A DNA stretch of 52,879 nucleotides, from NCBI RefSeq assembly GCF_001194135.2, contig NC_068981.1, forward strand, positions 84,739,333-84,792,211. The letters run 5' to 3'. Numbering within the stretch: position 1 is the first letter of the stretch; each line of letters starts with the position of its first letter. The notes beneath the pieces were generated by a model. The model ran no database searches. It saw only the letters and a list, made by a program, of their open reading frames with translations, and was not told the origin of the DNA. The translations under genes and the position numbers were made by a program. This document shows, one piece after another, positions 24,536 to 37,515 of the stretch. Origin of the DNA: Octopus bimaculoides (taxonomy: Eukaryota).

Positions 24536-26234
24536 CACCACTCCTTACACCACTACAACTATAACAACAGTGACAAGTAAGGCAAAGAGAACATTGAAAC
24601 ACACAACCTCAATCACTACTACTACCAGCACAAAATTTTAATACAATAGAGTAAGCAATGAAGCATGAGCTTTGCAAACAAAATGGAAAAGAGTTCATGA
24701 ATGTGTGTAGAAAACTACAGACAGTTTATTTATTAGAACAGGAACTAAGAAATGTCAAAACTAATCTCACCAAAAATAATCGTATAATTTATTTCAAAAT
24801 ACAACAAATCCAAGAGGAAACCCAATGGAAAACAATATTGTGTGAATATGACAAACTCAAAATAAAGTGACTTGAGCAAATGAGGCAGGCTCACATTGAA
24901 GTGTCTTAAAGTAATCTGGGCATAAACCTTCATTGATTGAGGAAGACACTTTGGCAGAGTTAAGGTGAGGTTTCAAGCCAAAAAGGAGGCAAAGGAAAAT
25001 TTAATAACTCTAAGGAATGAGGAACAGCTCTTGATTCCAACACATATATATTGATTGGAGAGTTATAAAAATAAGGGTGGTTGAGGTACCACCTGAAGTA
25101 GATATTGCCTTGTTGGTAGTGGCTGAATTATACAGTATAGAAAATAAGACAAGTATTTTGCAAATCCACAAATTAGAAAATGAAGATTGATCAGGCACAG
25201 AAATGGAACTAGTAATTCAAGCAAACTAAGAATGCATGGTGGCTATCCTTGATTTACTCAGCCTCCTAAAATGGCCTACACCTTTTCATAGCAGTAGAGA
25301 GCAGAAAGCTGAGTTGCTATATATGTGGAGACACAAACCATCTAAGAGCTGTCTATACATTGATTTCACTGCTACATCAGCATCAATGACAAAAACAACA
25401 GCAGCATCAAAAGCATCAGTATCAAGAGCAGAAGCACCAAAAACAGCAACAGCAGCACTGAAAGGAACAAAAACATAAACATTAACAACAGCAGGTACTG
25501 ACACCACAGATCTGCAAAAAATATTGCTCACACCACTAACCTAAAGAGATACTAACACACCAGCCAACCAGATTACAAATATAAACAGATATATTCAATT
25601 ACACCGACATATCCATTTCCCATACCACAGATTTGATTCAATGTGGAAACTTGCCTTATGAGGCTTGCCAGAATGGATACTTGTCAAGGAGTAGAGGAAA
25701 AAAACTGCAAAACAAAACAGTTGTATCAGACAAAAAAAATGAACCGCTTAGATGAGAAGACACAGAACCAATCAACAAATATATACCCACATTTGTAAAA
25801 CTAGCACAACCACAAACACCCTAACATTAGAAACACCACCAACATTACAAACGCAACAAATGAAAATACAAACCAATCCACACCAATGATATAAACAGCA
25901 CCACCAAAGTGAACTAACAGAAGCATCATCAACCACACATCCATAGGCACAAACAACAAGGACTTAATAAAATATATACATCAACACAAATATTACTCAC
26001 AATGACAATATCACTCCAGTACATAATATCCTGACTCATTGAAGTTATAAAAACAGTTGAAGAAACTTAAAATAAACTGAAAGCAAAATATTCGAAATGA
26101 AAGATAACTTTTGAGGGAGTATGAGTAAAAGGCTTTATAAAGAACTGTTTGCAGAAGCACACACAAATAACTGGAAGAAGAGAACACCTATCCATCCACA
26201 GAAATGAGGTAGGTAGTCCTTCTCACTATCCTCC

Positions 26235-27030
26235 TACTTGGGGAATGTGTCCATACTCAGAATAGGCAGTATGAATACACATGGCCTGGGATCACCTTGG
26301 AAACATAGCTGCTCACTCAATGACCTCAGAGTACATGATACAGATCTGACGGCTATCAGCAAAACGAGAAGTTCTGAGGCATGGGATTTCATCTCACCTT
26401 CAGTAGCTACAAGTTGTACACATTTCCAAGGCTGCCAGGAACAAGTGGCAGATTATCAGTGTTGTTTTGGAAAGGGTTGAACCTTGAAATACAAACCATT
26501 TTCATGGACCCAGAACTAAGGTGATGGTGCTGAATATAACCAGTAGTGAATGCCATTCTTACAGATTAGTAGCTATGTATGTCCTGACAGATTCGGGGAG
26601 ACCAGATTTCTTTGAACATTTGGATGCTTTCCTAGGAACATCACACTCTCTACTGCTGATAGGTTGTTGGAGCTGTATTTTAATTGTACACAGGGACTGC
26701 ATGGACAATAGGTGAAAAAGTCTTGCAAACCTGCTCAGATGTTTCCAACTGAATAACAGGTACTGACTGGATTTCCCAAATGTGCCATTGTGGTCATGGA
26801 CAAAGCATATTGGGTCATCCAGATCATATCTAAGTAGAATTTTCTGAAGGTCAGCAGACAGGAATAACATAGGCTGTCCACAAAATTGTGGTGGTTGACT
26901 TAGACAGACCTCACAGGCAGGGCCCTGATTACTAGTATCTGAATGTATCTTTCCCAGAATGTTAAGTTTACAGAGACCAGATTAGTGAATTAGTTAAGTG
27001 GGCATTTATGGGAGTAATTGTCAACACTTA
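26235..27030 (+). mobile_element. Decayed L1/Tx1-clade LINE endonuclease domain
   Basis: LRIGSMNTHGLGSPWK...DTDLTAISKTR and RLVAMYVLTDSGRPDFFEHLDAFLG...LLIGCWSCIL correspond to the APE motifs NVxGL, QET, VYAP and GDxN. Multiple stops. Confidence 0.8.
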
Positions 27031-27631
27031 ACAGTCTTGTCTGAGAGGCATGGCAAACTGTTGAGGTAATCCTCAAAAGTCAGTCTCAAGCATACAACTC
27101 CTCAAAACTAGTTCTGCAGAGTGCTGCTGAAACATTGCATTCATCAGCCAGGAATCAGAGAGCACATAGCTTCTTTGTTATCATGCTTTGCCTTTGCCAT
27201 TCAGGCCCAACGGTTTCAAATTTTGGCACAAAACCAACAATTTTAGGGGAAGGGGCTAGTTGAATACATTCACTCCAGTACTTGACTGGTTCATTATTTT
27301 ATCAACTCTATAAGGATGAAAGTGAAGTTAATCTCAAAAGGAGTTGAACTCAAAACATAAAGAACCAGAAGAAATGCTGCACTACATTATATCCAAAGTG
27401 TTAATGCTTCAGTCAGCTTGCTGCTTTGATAATAAAAACTAGCTGGACCTGTGAATATTTCATGGAATTGATGGTAAACTTATTGGGTTATTTTTGAAAA
27501 CTTTATCCAAAAAACCTTAAAGCATAGCCTGTGTTGTGTCTGTATCAAGAGATAATCATTCATCTGCTAATCATCGAAAAGTGAAGGAAACTGGAATATG
27601 ATGATTACTTAATGCATTTTAAATATACATT

Positions 27632-27820
27632 TTAACCCTTTTGTTACCAACCCGGCTGAAACCAGCTCTGGCTCTGTAGTACAAATGTCTAGTTTTCATA
27701 AGTTTTGAATTAAAATTTTCCACCAAACTTTAGTCAAAATTTAGGTTCCTACCATTGTATTTAAAATAATTAAAAGAAACACAGAGCATCTCAAAATAAA
27801 TACAGTAACGAAAGGGTTAA
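27632..27820. mobile_element. TTAA-type MITE family 2 (internally deleted)
   Basis: ttaaccctttTgttacc...gtaacgaaagggttaa. Inverted homolog at 32837-33044. Confidence 0.82.
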
Positions 27821-28535
27821 ATACTTTATGCACAATTTTATAGACTTAATACACAGCATTCTCCCTCTTTCCCTATCACTCTTCGCCTTACCCTCTTTTT
27901 TTCTCTCCTTTTTTCTTTGCTCTTTGCATTTCCCTTCAAATAATCTTGTAAAAGTGTTCCAGACAGACTAAGTAATGGAGAAAAAAAACTTAGTGCAGAA
28001 AAAGAAATTGCACATTTCATTCATCACCACCTCTTCCTCCCCTATCTCTCATCCCCATCCATCCCCTCCATCCCCTCCGCCTCCCCTTCAACTAATCATG
28101 TAGAAGCGTTACGGACGGTCTAAGTAACAGAGGAACAAACAGAATTATTAAAAGATATTTTCTAATATAGGCACACAGCTTAAAAATTAAGCATAGGAGG
28201 CCAGTCGATTACATCACCCTCACTCTTCAAATGTTACTTATTTTAATGACCCCAAAAGGATGAAAGGCAATGTCAACTTTGGTGGAGTTTGAACTCAGAA
28301 CGTAAAGCCAGAAGAAATGCCACCAAGCAGTTTGTCTAGCATACATACATACATACATACATACATACATACATACATTCATGCATACATACATACGTAT
28401 GTACATACATGCATGCATACATACATACATACATACATACATACGTACATACATACGTACATACATACATACATACGGTCACCCTGAAATGTCAAAAAAC
28501 TAAAGAATGGTTTTGTTTAACATTGTGTATCTTAC

Positions 28536-28723
28536 CTTTCTTTAAGGAAATAGTCCGATCTTCTTTCAGGCAATGATGTATTTTGGTCTTTTGGGAAATG
28601 AATTCCTGAAGACTATCATCATGGTGAATTTTTTGGTCATATTTACGAACTTCCAGTTGATGTTGTGCAAGGTCTTTTGTTTGACGTTCTTGCAGACTTA
28701 TGAGTTTTAATTGTGCTTCTTCT
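28536..28723 (-). CDS. ODAD1: ODAD1/CCDC63-like coding exon 5 (EEAQLKLISLQER...HHDDSLQEFISQK...ISLKK)
   Basis: Acceptor (tta)n-tttatgtag, donor G|GTAAGA. 188 nt = 1 + 62 codons + 1. R|EEAQ and HDDSLQEFISQK match the family R|DEAQ and DHDxKLKEFMxxK motifs. Not in the ORF track. Confidence 0.9.
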
Positions 28724-28730
28724 CTACATA

Positions 28731-28768
<38 letters not shown>

Positions 28769-28769
<1 letters not shown>

Positions 28770-30250
28770 TTTAAACAGTGACAATGAATCTCTCAATGCT
28801 GGAGATGTAAGAATTTCATGTAGCATTTTCCATGGTGACTCTCTAACACTGCTCCTCTTTTGTCTAGCCTTAGTATCTCTCTTGAAATTGCTCAATGATG
28901 TACAATATGGCTATAAAAAGTTTGATAAAGATATAAATCATCTCTTTTACATGGATGATTTAAAGCTCTTTGCAAAAAATGACCAACAACTACAGGGCTT
29001 ACTAGCAATTGTTAAACAATTCAGTGGTAACATCAGGATGCAATTTGGCCTCGATAAATGTGCAAAAGCTACCTTTATCAAAGGAAAAATGACAGAAACA
29101 TCCAATGTTGTTAATCTTGACCAGCAAAATGTCATAAAGGAGTTAAGACCAGCAGAGAGCTACAAATACCTAGGGGTATTTGAAGGTGATGGAATCGAAT
29201 GTTGAACAATGAGGGAAAGGGTCAGAAGAGAATGTTATCGCAAGGTAAGAGCAATACTCAAGACAGAACTGAATGGATCAAAGGTCAAAGCAATCAATAC
29301 TTTGGCCATACTGGTCACAACTTACAATTTCAATATCATTAACTGGTCAATTGCTGAAATATGTAATCTTGACAGAAAAATATGAAAATTGTTGACAATG
29401 TATAGAATGCACCACCCTAAGGTAGATATAGAACGAGTTTACCTGCCAAGAAAAGAGGGTAGCCATGGACATTTACAACTGATAGGTTTAAGCCACAATT
29501 GGTCTAAACACCTACCTGAAAAACTCTGATGATTGGATGTCAAAACTTGTCTTAAAGCATGAAAACAAGAAAGCATCATGCTCAGTAACAAAACAGGCAA
29601 AGGAATACATAACTGAATTCCAAATACAACAAATCCCAGAATTAGACGTACTGGAAGCAAGCACAGAAAAAGCTAAGCGTATGAAAACCCATGCTAAAAC
29701 TGCTGCCTTAGATAAATAGCAAGAAAAACCTCTCGATGACAAATACTCAAAGAGGGCTAATAAGGCTGACATTGACAAAGCCCTTACCCATCATTGGTTA
29801 GTGTCTTCTGGATAAAATCAGAAACAGAAGGGTTTATCATAGCAGTCCAAGATCAATCCCTACCTACAAGGAGCTACCAGGCCAACATATTAAAGAACTG
29901 CAGAAGCCCGACGTGTATGTAAACAATAAAATGAAACCATTGATCATTTTGTCTCTATGTGCAGTCTTCTTGTACCTACAGAGTATCTCAACAGACATGA
30001 TAGAGCAGCACAGTATATTCACTGGGTAATTTGCAAAAACCTGGACCTGGCCCATGATAAAAACTGGTGGGAACACAAACTACCTCCAGTGCTTGAAAAT
30101 GATCGCATCTCACTCCTCTGGAACTTCACTGTTCAAACTGACTGAAAGATAGGTGCAAATAGATCTGACATTATTGAAAGACTTCAGACAAAAATCATGC
30201 CTCCTCAGTGATATGACTGTCCCAATTGACATAAATGTATGTCAAGACCT
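28769..30250 (+). mobile_element. R4/Dong-clade non-LTR retrotransposon, 5'-truncated and decayed
   Basis: RT motifs IFHGDSL..LLFCLAL and HLFYMDDLKLFAKN, then QFGLDKCAK, YKYLGVFE and RMHHPK. C-terminal ETIDHFVSMC...YLNRHDRAAQYIHW and restriction-like endonuclease NRSDI...DMTVP. Starts directly after (TAA)n. Confidence 0.9.
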
Positions 30251-30264
30251 ACCAAAAACTGAGC

Positions 30265-30440
30265 AAATGCTCTCATTTTCTGTGACCTTTTCAGGCATGT
30301 GCTTATATCATCTTTTTTCTGTTGTTATTCCATAGTGTTGGCATAGCTTCCAGTGTATGTAGGTCTCAGCTCTGTCATGTCTGTGAATATATTCCTTCTT
30401 AGCCTGGACTTGGCAGCCAGAGATAATATGATGAAGGTCA
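30265..30440 (-). mobile_element. Second R4/Dong subfamily fragment, inverted
   Basis: Translates HHIISGCQVQAKKEYIHRHDRAETYIHWKLCQHYGITTEKR*YKHMPEKVTENE. Confidence 0.85.
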
Positions 30441-31203
30441 GCAATGGTCTTCCTCGGTCACAAGTGGACGGCCATCATGTATGTATGTATGTATGTATGT
30501 ATATATGTATGCAAGTATGTATGAATATATACATACAATATATGTATATATATATTGTGTGGCAATAAATACTCAGCAAGCTTTTGCAAGGGCACCTGAC
30601 TACTCTCCTATCAGAGCATGAAACATATGGTAGCTCACATTTGGCTCTAATATGCTATCAATTCTGCCAGCTTGCAGCCTTTAGTTTCAAATTTTGGCAC
30701 AACCCCAGCAATCTTAAGGAGAAGGGTTAGTTGATTGCATCAACCCCAGTACTTGACTGGTACTTTGTTTTATTTTCCAGGAAGGATGAAAGGTAAAGTT
30801 GACCTCAACAAAATTTGATCACAGAATTTTAAGAGCAAGATGAAATATTGCTCCATATTTTATCCAATGTGCTATTGATTCTATCATCTCATCACCTTAA
30901 TAATTGATACATAAATGTACGCTATTATGAAAGTGCTGTTGTTGGCTAACAAAGGGCCCTGATAGCCAAGCAGTAACACAGCTGGTGGGGGAAGCAATAG
31001 AGGTGACCTGCTGTGAGTGACACTTTCTGTGGGTTCAACACTTGTGGGTCTGTGTAAGCCTGTATGGGGTGGGGTATCTAGATATGGGGTGGTAGACTCA
31101 AGCATTTCTCTAGACGGCGCATGCTACTCTCTTATCACCAAATTGTTAAAAAGATGGCCTTGCAATAAATTGAAGAGGGTTAATTACAAGTTAAACAACT
31201 GAC

Positions 31204-31385
31204 CTTTCCTTGTAAAAATGTGTGGCATCAGAGAGCATGGCATTCCTATCTTTGCGTATGCTATTCAATTCATTAAACATCCGACTATAAATTTGTTCGT
31301 AAGTTTTCCGTTCTTGCCGAATGTTATCAATTTCTTTTCTCAACTTGATGTTGTGAGATAGCTGCTTGTGGAAGTATGCCATTTG
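31204..31385 (-). CDS. ODAD1: ODAD1/CCDC63-like coding exon 4 (QMAYFHKQLSHNIKLRKEIDNIRQER...HFYKE + AG)
   Basis: Acceptor ccatttctttttgttccaaacag, donor AG|GTCAGT. 182 nt = 60 codons + 2. NIKLRKEIDNIRQER matches the conserved N.xLRxEIDxLRxER motif of ODA-DC2/CCDC114/CCDC63. Confidence 0.92.
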
Positions 31386-31441
31386 CTGTTTGGAACAAAA
31401 AGAAATGGATTAGTAACAGAAAGAAAAGATAGATTAAGAGA

Positions 31442-31551
<110 letters not shown>

Positions 31552-31840
31552 TAGAGACAAAGAGCTGATATCAAATGAAACTGATGTGAAACATTGCTTA
31601 AGATTTCATCGTGGTAGAGTCATGACAGCAGCCATTTAAAATACATATGCACTGTTTTACCTTTATATTTTACTGGTTTCAGTCATTGGATGACGGCCAT
31701 GCTGGGGCATGCCTTGAAGGGTTTAGTCAAACAAGCCAATCTCAATGCTTATTTTTAAAGTCTGGTACTTCTTCTATCAGCCTCAGTTGCAGAACCACTA
31801 ATTTACAGTGACACAAACAACCAACACTGATTGTCAAGTG

Positions 31841-31871
<31 letters not shown>

Positions 31872-31896
31872 ACACACACACACGCGCACCCACACG

Positions 31897-31929
<33 letters not shown>

Positions 31930-32617
31930 TCACACACACACACACGTAAGCAAGTGTAATAATATATATGATACTAATGCACTTGCTTGTTGTTCCTACA
32001 CCTGTCTTCGTCTTTTCTTTTTCTGTAAATTTGAACTATATATTATACACTCACGTGGTTACTCCAGCTTGATGCTGACTGAACTTCATACTCTCTTGGA
32101 CGTGCATCTTAACTACTTCCCGAACTTTCCTCTCCTCATCCACATACCAGCACTCCACCCGGATTACCACTGGATCTTTGTATGCTTTTGGACTCCACCT
32201 TCACAGATCTCACTGGCTATTTTCTTTGATGTAAATCACTCAAATCTACCATGACTTTTGAACTTTCTGAACTTTTATATTCCTCATTTCACATTGTAAG
32301 CTAGGGAAAATCTGGTGACTATTTCTAGCAGATCAAGAGACCACACTAGGACTCCCTCATAGCAAACTTAAGTTAGTGAATCAACTACCTATAAACCGTT
32401 CACCTAAAGGATTGTTTTTACAGTGGCACAAAACTACACCTTTGGTGGAGGGGTATAGTAAAGTAGAAGCTAGTACATAGCTGAAATTTATTTTATCAAT
32501 CTCAAAGGGATAACGCTTCATTACCAAATTTTCTGTTGAAATACATTACCTTCATTTTAATTTTGAAACTAATGAAGAATTTAGGCAAATAACTTTGTCA
32601 TTATCAAACTAGTATTT

Positions 32618-32836
32618 AAGGCGGTAAGCAGGCAGAATTAAAAGCACATTGGGCAAAATGCTTAGCAGTATTTTGTCCATCTTTTCATTCTGGATGCAAA
32701 ATCTGCCAGGGTCAGTTTTGTTTTTCATCCTTTCTGGGTCGATAAAATAAATACCAGTTGAACACTGGAGTCAATTTAATCAACTTAGCCCCTCTCCCTA
32801 AACCTGCTGGCTTTGTGTCAAAATTTGAAGCCATTG
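32618..32836 (+). mobile_element. SINE family B inserted in an older MITE remnant
   Basis: Head aaggcggtaagcaggcagaatt. A diverged 20-bp TSD can be reconstructed. Confidence 0.8.
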
Positions 32837-33044
32837 TTAGCCCTTTCGTTACTGTATTTTCTTTCAATTACTTTAAATATAACAAAGAATTTAGTAAAAT
32901 AACTTAGTTATCATTCAGTTAGTGTTAGGAACATAAATTGTGACTAAGATTTGGTGGAAGATTTTAATTCAAAACTTATGAAAGTAAGACATTTGTACTC
33001 AGAGCCAGAGCCGGTTTCAGCCGGGTTGGTAACGATAGGGTTAA
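32837..33044. mobile_element. TTAA-type MITE family 2
   Basis: ttagccctttcgttac...gtaacgatagggttaa, the reverse complement of 27632-27820. Confidence 0.82.
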
Positions 33045-33368
33045 ACTGGTATTTGGGACAGATATCAGATTTTTTTCCTTTTCTTCAAACCAGTTGAAGA
33101 TTCTTCAATTCCCAATGAATTGTTTTCAAATTTTCCATACAAGAAAATTTGAAGGAAGGTTTCATATAAGAACACTTTAAACAGGAATTCTGTATCATAG
33201 AAACAGTGTTGGTTTGAGGCAGGTTAGTATCAAATGTGTTAGTCAAAACATGAAGGGAAATAATTGTATACTGAAAGACATTTCGCTTGGCAATCATAAC
33301 TAACCATACAATTTCTAACAAAAAAATATATTTGAAAGAAGAAAAGGTAATAATAAAACAGTAATGAC

Positions 33369-33488
33369 CCTTTGTAAACGGTCCTCTGTGACATTGGCAC
33401 GTTTTTCTAATGATTCTTGCTTCTTGAGTTTCAGATCCACTTCTGATATTTGACGCTTTAACCCAGCTGATTTTTGAAAACTATTGAT
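33369..33488 (-). CDS. ODAD1: ODAD1/CCDC63-like coding exon 3 (INSFQKSAGL...NVTEDRLQR)
   Basis: Acceptor ttttatttcccacag, donor AGG|GTCATT. 120 nt = 40 codons, phase 0/0. EDRLQR corresponds to the family LENRL motif. Too short for the ORF track. Confidence 0.82.
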
Positions 33489-33663
33489 CTGTGGGAAATA
33501 AAATGCACTGATTTGAAAATTTGATCAACAAATAACCAGAGCAATATTTCTCAAAGTGGGTTCCGAAAAACCACTAGGGTTTGGTGAAAAAAATTTTGTT
33601 TCACAAGATAAAAGCTAATAAGAATTTATTTCGTAAAAAGAACAGTAGTGCCTCTGTGTGTGT

Positions 33664-33736
<73 letters not shown>

Positions 33737-33834
33737 TGTATGTGTGTGTGTGTTTATATGTATATCATACTTAACATGGGTATACTGTAGAAAGCTACAC
33801 AACTGCAGTATCAGACTCAAAAGAGCATCTCGTG

Positions 33835-33902
<68 letters not shown>

Positions 33903-34702
33903 CACACACACACATACATTTATATATGTGAGTGAAGGGAATGGAAGAGGTTGTTACATGCTAAACATGTTTCGAAAGACTCACTGAATACATATTATGT
34001 AACTTTAAGGAGCTACATAAATGTTCATTGTGATGTTGATGAATCAATAGGTGTTTCTGAGCTATTGATTCATCATGCTTGCTTGTATAATCCTGATGAG
34101 CTGACACATTATGTATTACATAATCTTATATATGTTGTGCATACTACAATACACACCTGACTGTACTATCAGTATATCACAAAAAAAAACTTTTAATGAA
34201 ACAATTGTAGCAGTACCAAATAACCCATTAACCAGTTTTTATTATGTTTTGTTGCCACACATAAAGTTCTGTTCATCTTTGGATACTACTGGGGTAACAA
34301 GTTACCAACATTATCTATGGATAAATATAAATATATAAGATATATATATATATATACACACACTTTATTAATAAAGCATCTTATTCTACCTCCAGTATTC
34401 AATTACTATTTTTTCCACCTTGTTTCACATTTATGTGCTTACTCTGATATATATATATATATATATATANNNNNNNNNNNNNNNNNNNNNNNNNNNNNNN
34501 NNNNNNNNNNNNNNNNNNNNNNNNNNNNNNNNNNNNNNNNNNNNNNNNNNNNNNNNNNNNNNNNNNNNNNNNNNNNNNNNNNNNNNNNNNNNNNNNNNNN
34601 NNNNNNNNNNNNNNNNNNNNNNNNNNNNNNNNNNNNNNNNNNNNNNNNNNNNNNNNNNNNNNNNNNNNNNNNNNNNNNNNNNNNNNNNNNNNNNNNNNNN
34701 NN

Positions 34703-35342
34703 TATTTAAAAGAGTTCCAACTCTGTCTGTTTTTTATGTTTTATTCATATTCTTGTAAAATTAATGTAGGATATAGAATATGGAATATATAATATATAAT
34801 ATAAAAATGGATGGTACAATGAAATGAAGTATTGAATGTCTTATTGAATATATGAAATATTGAGTGTTCAATATAAAGGATTAAATATATAAAGGCGAAT
34901 ACGTATTTTCAATACCTTGTGGTATTCATCATGGCCGGTATCTGACAGACTGTAACAGACTGTGATGTTGATGACTCAATAGGTGTTCCTCAGCTATTGA
35001 TTCATCATGCTTGCTTGTATAACCCTGATGAGCTGACACATTGTGTATTACAGTCTGTTACAATCTGTTACAGTCTGTCAGATACCGGCCATGATGAATA
35101 TCACAAGGTATTGAAAATACGTATTCGCCTTTATATATTTAATCCTTTATATTGAACACTCAATATTTCATATATTCAATAAGACATATTCCATATATTC
35201 AATAAGACATTCAATACTTCATTTCATTGTACCATCCATTTTTATATTATATATTATATATTCTATATTCTATATCCTACATTAATTTTACAAGAATATA
35301 AATAAAACATAAAAAACAGACAGAGTTGGAACTCTTTTAAAT
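34703..35342. mobile_element. Inverted pair of type-A Penelope-like relics with a 92-bp spacer
   Basis: The left arm 34703-34963 is the reverse complement of the right arm 35050-35342. Each arm carries the hammerhead-like motif (minus strand 34894-34936, plus strand 35087-35129). Confidence 0.75.
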
Positions 35343-35950
35343 AAAATAATATATTCCTCTATACACGATCATACAAAACCCTTTTTTTGTATTTATTTTT
35401 ACTCACATATATATATATATATGTGGAAAGCGGACATTAAACGATATATATATATACATATATAGTGTATGTTTATATATATAAATGTATGTATGCATTT
35501 TAAAGTATCTGTATATACATGGGTGGGGGATGAATTTTCTCTTTAAAATATTTTTATTTCAATTAATATCCTATTAAAATTAAAATGGCAGGATTTGTCA
35601 ATAATAAACTCTATATATGGGTTATACAACTTTCAGAAAATCAAAATTGGCTCTGACAGCACAGTAAGTTTGTGGACATTAAACTAGAGTATAGTGTGTT
35701 TAAGATATTGATGGAGAAGTGTTGGGTTTCAGTTACTGAGAGAACACTCTTGTGTTGGATATAATTTGAGCAGGATCTTTCTACAATAAATTCTATATTA
35801 CATTGACTTCAATATATTCAGTCAAGACATAGTCAGGTTGTGGAAATGTGCTTTTCTATGCACGCTTGCATGCACACATATATCTGCATATGTATTTGTA
35901 CTCTTGGAGAACATACATGTATGTGTGAGTATGTATATGTGTATATATAT

Positions 35951-36335
35951 TGTTGTTGGCACTCCATCACTTACGACGTCGAGGGTTCCAGTTGATCCGA
36001 TCAACAGAACAGCCTGCTCGTGAAATTAACGTGCAAGCGGCAGAGCACTCCACAGACACGTGTACTCTTAACGTAGTTCTCGGGGATATTCAGCGTGACA
36101 CAGTGTGACAAGGCTGACCCTTTGAATTACAGGCACAACAGAAACAGGAAGTAAGAATGAGAGAAAGTTGTGGCGAAAGAGTACAGCAGGGTTCGCCACC
36201 ATCGCCTGCCGGAGCCTCGTGGAGCTTTAGGTGTTTTTGCTCAATTAACACTCACAACGCCTGGTCTGGGAATCGAAACCGCGATCTTATGACCGCGAGT
36301 CCGCTGCCCTAACCACTGGGCCATTGCGCCTCCAC
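35951..36335 (-). mobile_element. SINE family C, young
   Basis: Highly similar to 14233-14613. 14-bp TSD atgtgtatatatat at 35937-35950 and 36336-36349. Confidence 0.92.
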
Positions 36336-36426
36336 ATGTGTATATATATATGTTACATGGAATTATGGATGAAGATTTAATTTTGTTCAGATGTGTGTGA
36401 ATATGGTAATACAATAGGTTACTTAC

Positions 36427-36616
36427 TGCTTTATCTAATTGAGTGATAATTTTTTTGGTTTCCAAAAGTTTTCTCTGAATATTATCATATGTGTCTGCAA
36501 GTTGATATAAATTCTTATGAATCTTCGAATCAGCTTTCTCATACCGCTCACTTTGCACTAATTGCAGTAATAGTTTCACTTCTTCATTATCATTCTTCAG
36601 TTGATCATATTCAGCT
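36427..36616 (-). CDS. ODAD1: ODAD1/CCDC63-like coding exon 2 (AEYDQLKNDNEEVKLLLQL...ITQLDKA)
   Basis: Acceptor tttacaatgtttcag, donor GCA|GTAAGT. 190 nt = 1 + 63 codons. Phase 2 entry matches exon 1. Coiled-coil composition. Confidence 0.88.
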
Positions 36617-36717
36617 CTGAAACATTGTAAAGGTATCTGCTAAAGAAGTTTTATTATGTTCTTGCAATATGCATACACATACAGACATATATCCGTACAT
36701 ATATGTATCCACATGCA

Positions 36718-36920
<203 letters not shown>

Positions 36921-37481
36921 CTTGTATATTAAGACTACAATTGGTTTCATCTCCATTTTGGATGAAAACTCCATTCTAAAATCAATATAATTTGCAGAAC
37001 TATACACGAATTGTCTTCATAAAATTTGACGTGCATATAGTTCTACCGATTACATTGGGGTTATTTTCAAATGTCCCAGCTCTGGCGCACTAAATTCCAG
37101 AAACAGTTCTTCAGAGTATAATTTACTGAGGGTGATAAATTGAAAATTAATTTCAATTTAAAACCAGTGGTCTAGCATATAAAAAAATCTGATAATTCAG
37201 AAAAATTATATTACATGTGTATAAGAAGGGATGACCTTTTAGAACGATTGTGCTGAAGAACCACGGATGTTTTTACGTAAGTAAAAGAGTTGATGGCAAA
37301 ACCAGTACACAATTAATTCTTTATTTTGCATATTTTCATTTTGTACTGCCTGCCTATGATCTGGTGGTTTTGCTGAATTCTTTTTCTGGAGAACATTATT
37401 TTTCTTTGTGGCTGGGTTGTTGATGACCTCTTTCTAGCATATTGAATGTCCACCTAGTGGTCATCCCTTCTTATACGCATG

Positions 37482-37515
<34 letters not shown>

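Noticed and set aside
25236-25531. Ala/Thr/Lys-rich ORFs upstream of the Tx1 endonuclease
   Set aside because: Low-complexity A/C-rich sequence with stops around it. It may be decayed LINE ORF1, but no motif supports that call.
27838-28020. Lys/Arg/Glu-rich minus-strand segment with AG and GTAAGG sites that looks like an ODAD1-like exon
   Set aside because: Exon 5 ends in phase 1, and in that phase this segment hits TGA after 10 codons. Exon 5 joins exon 6 in frame without it.
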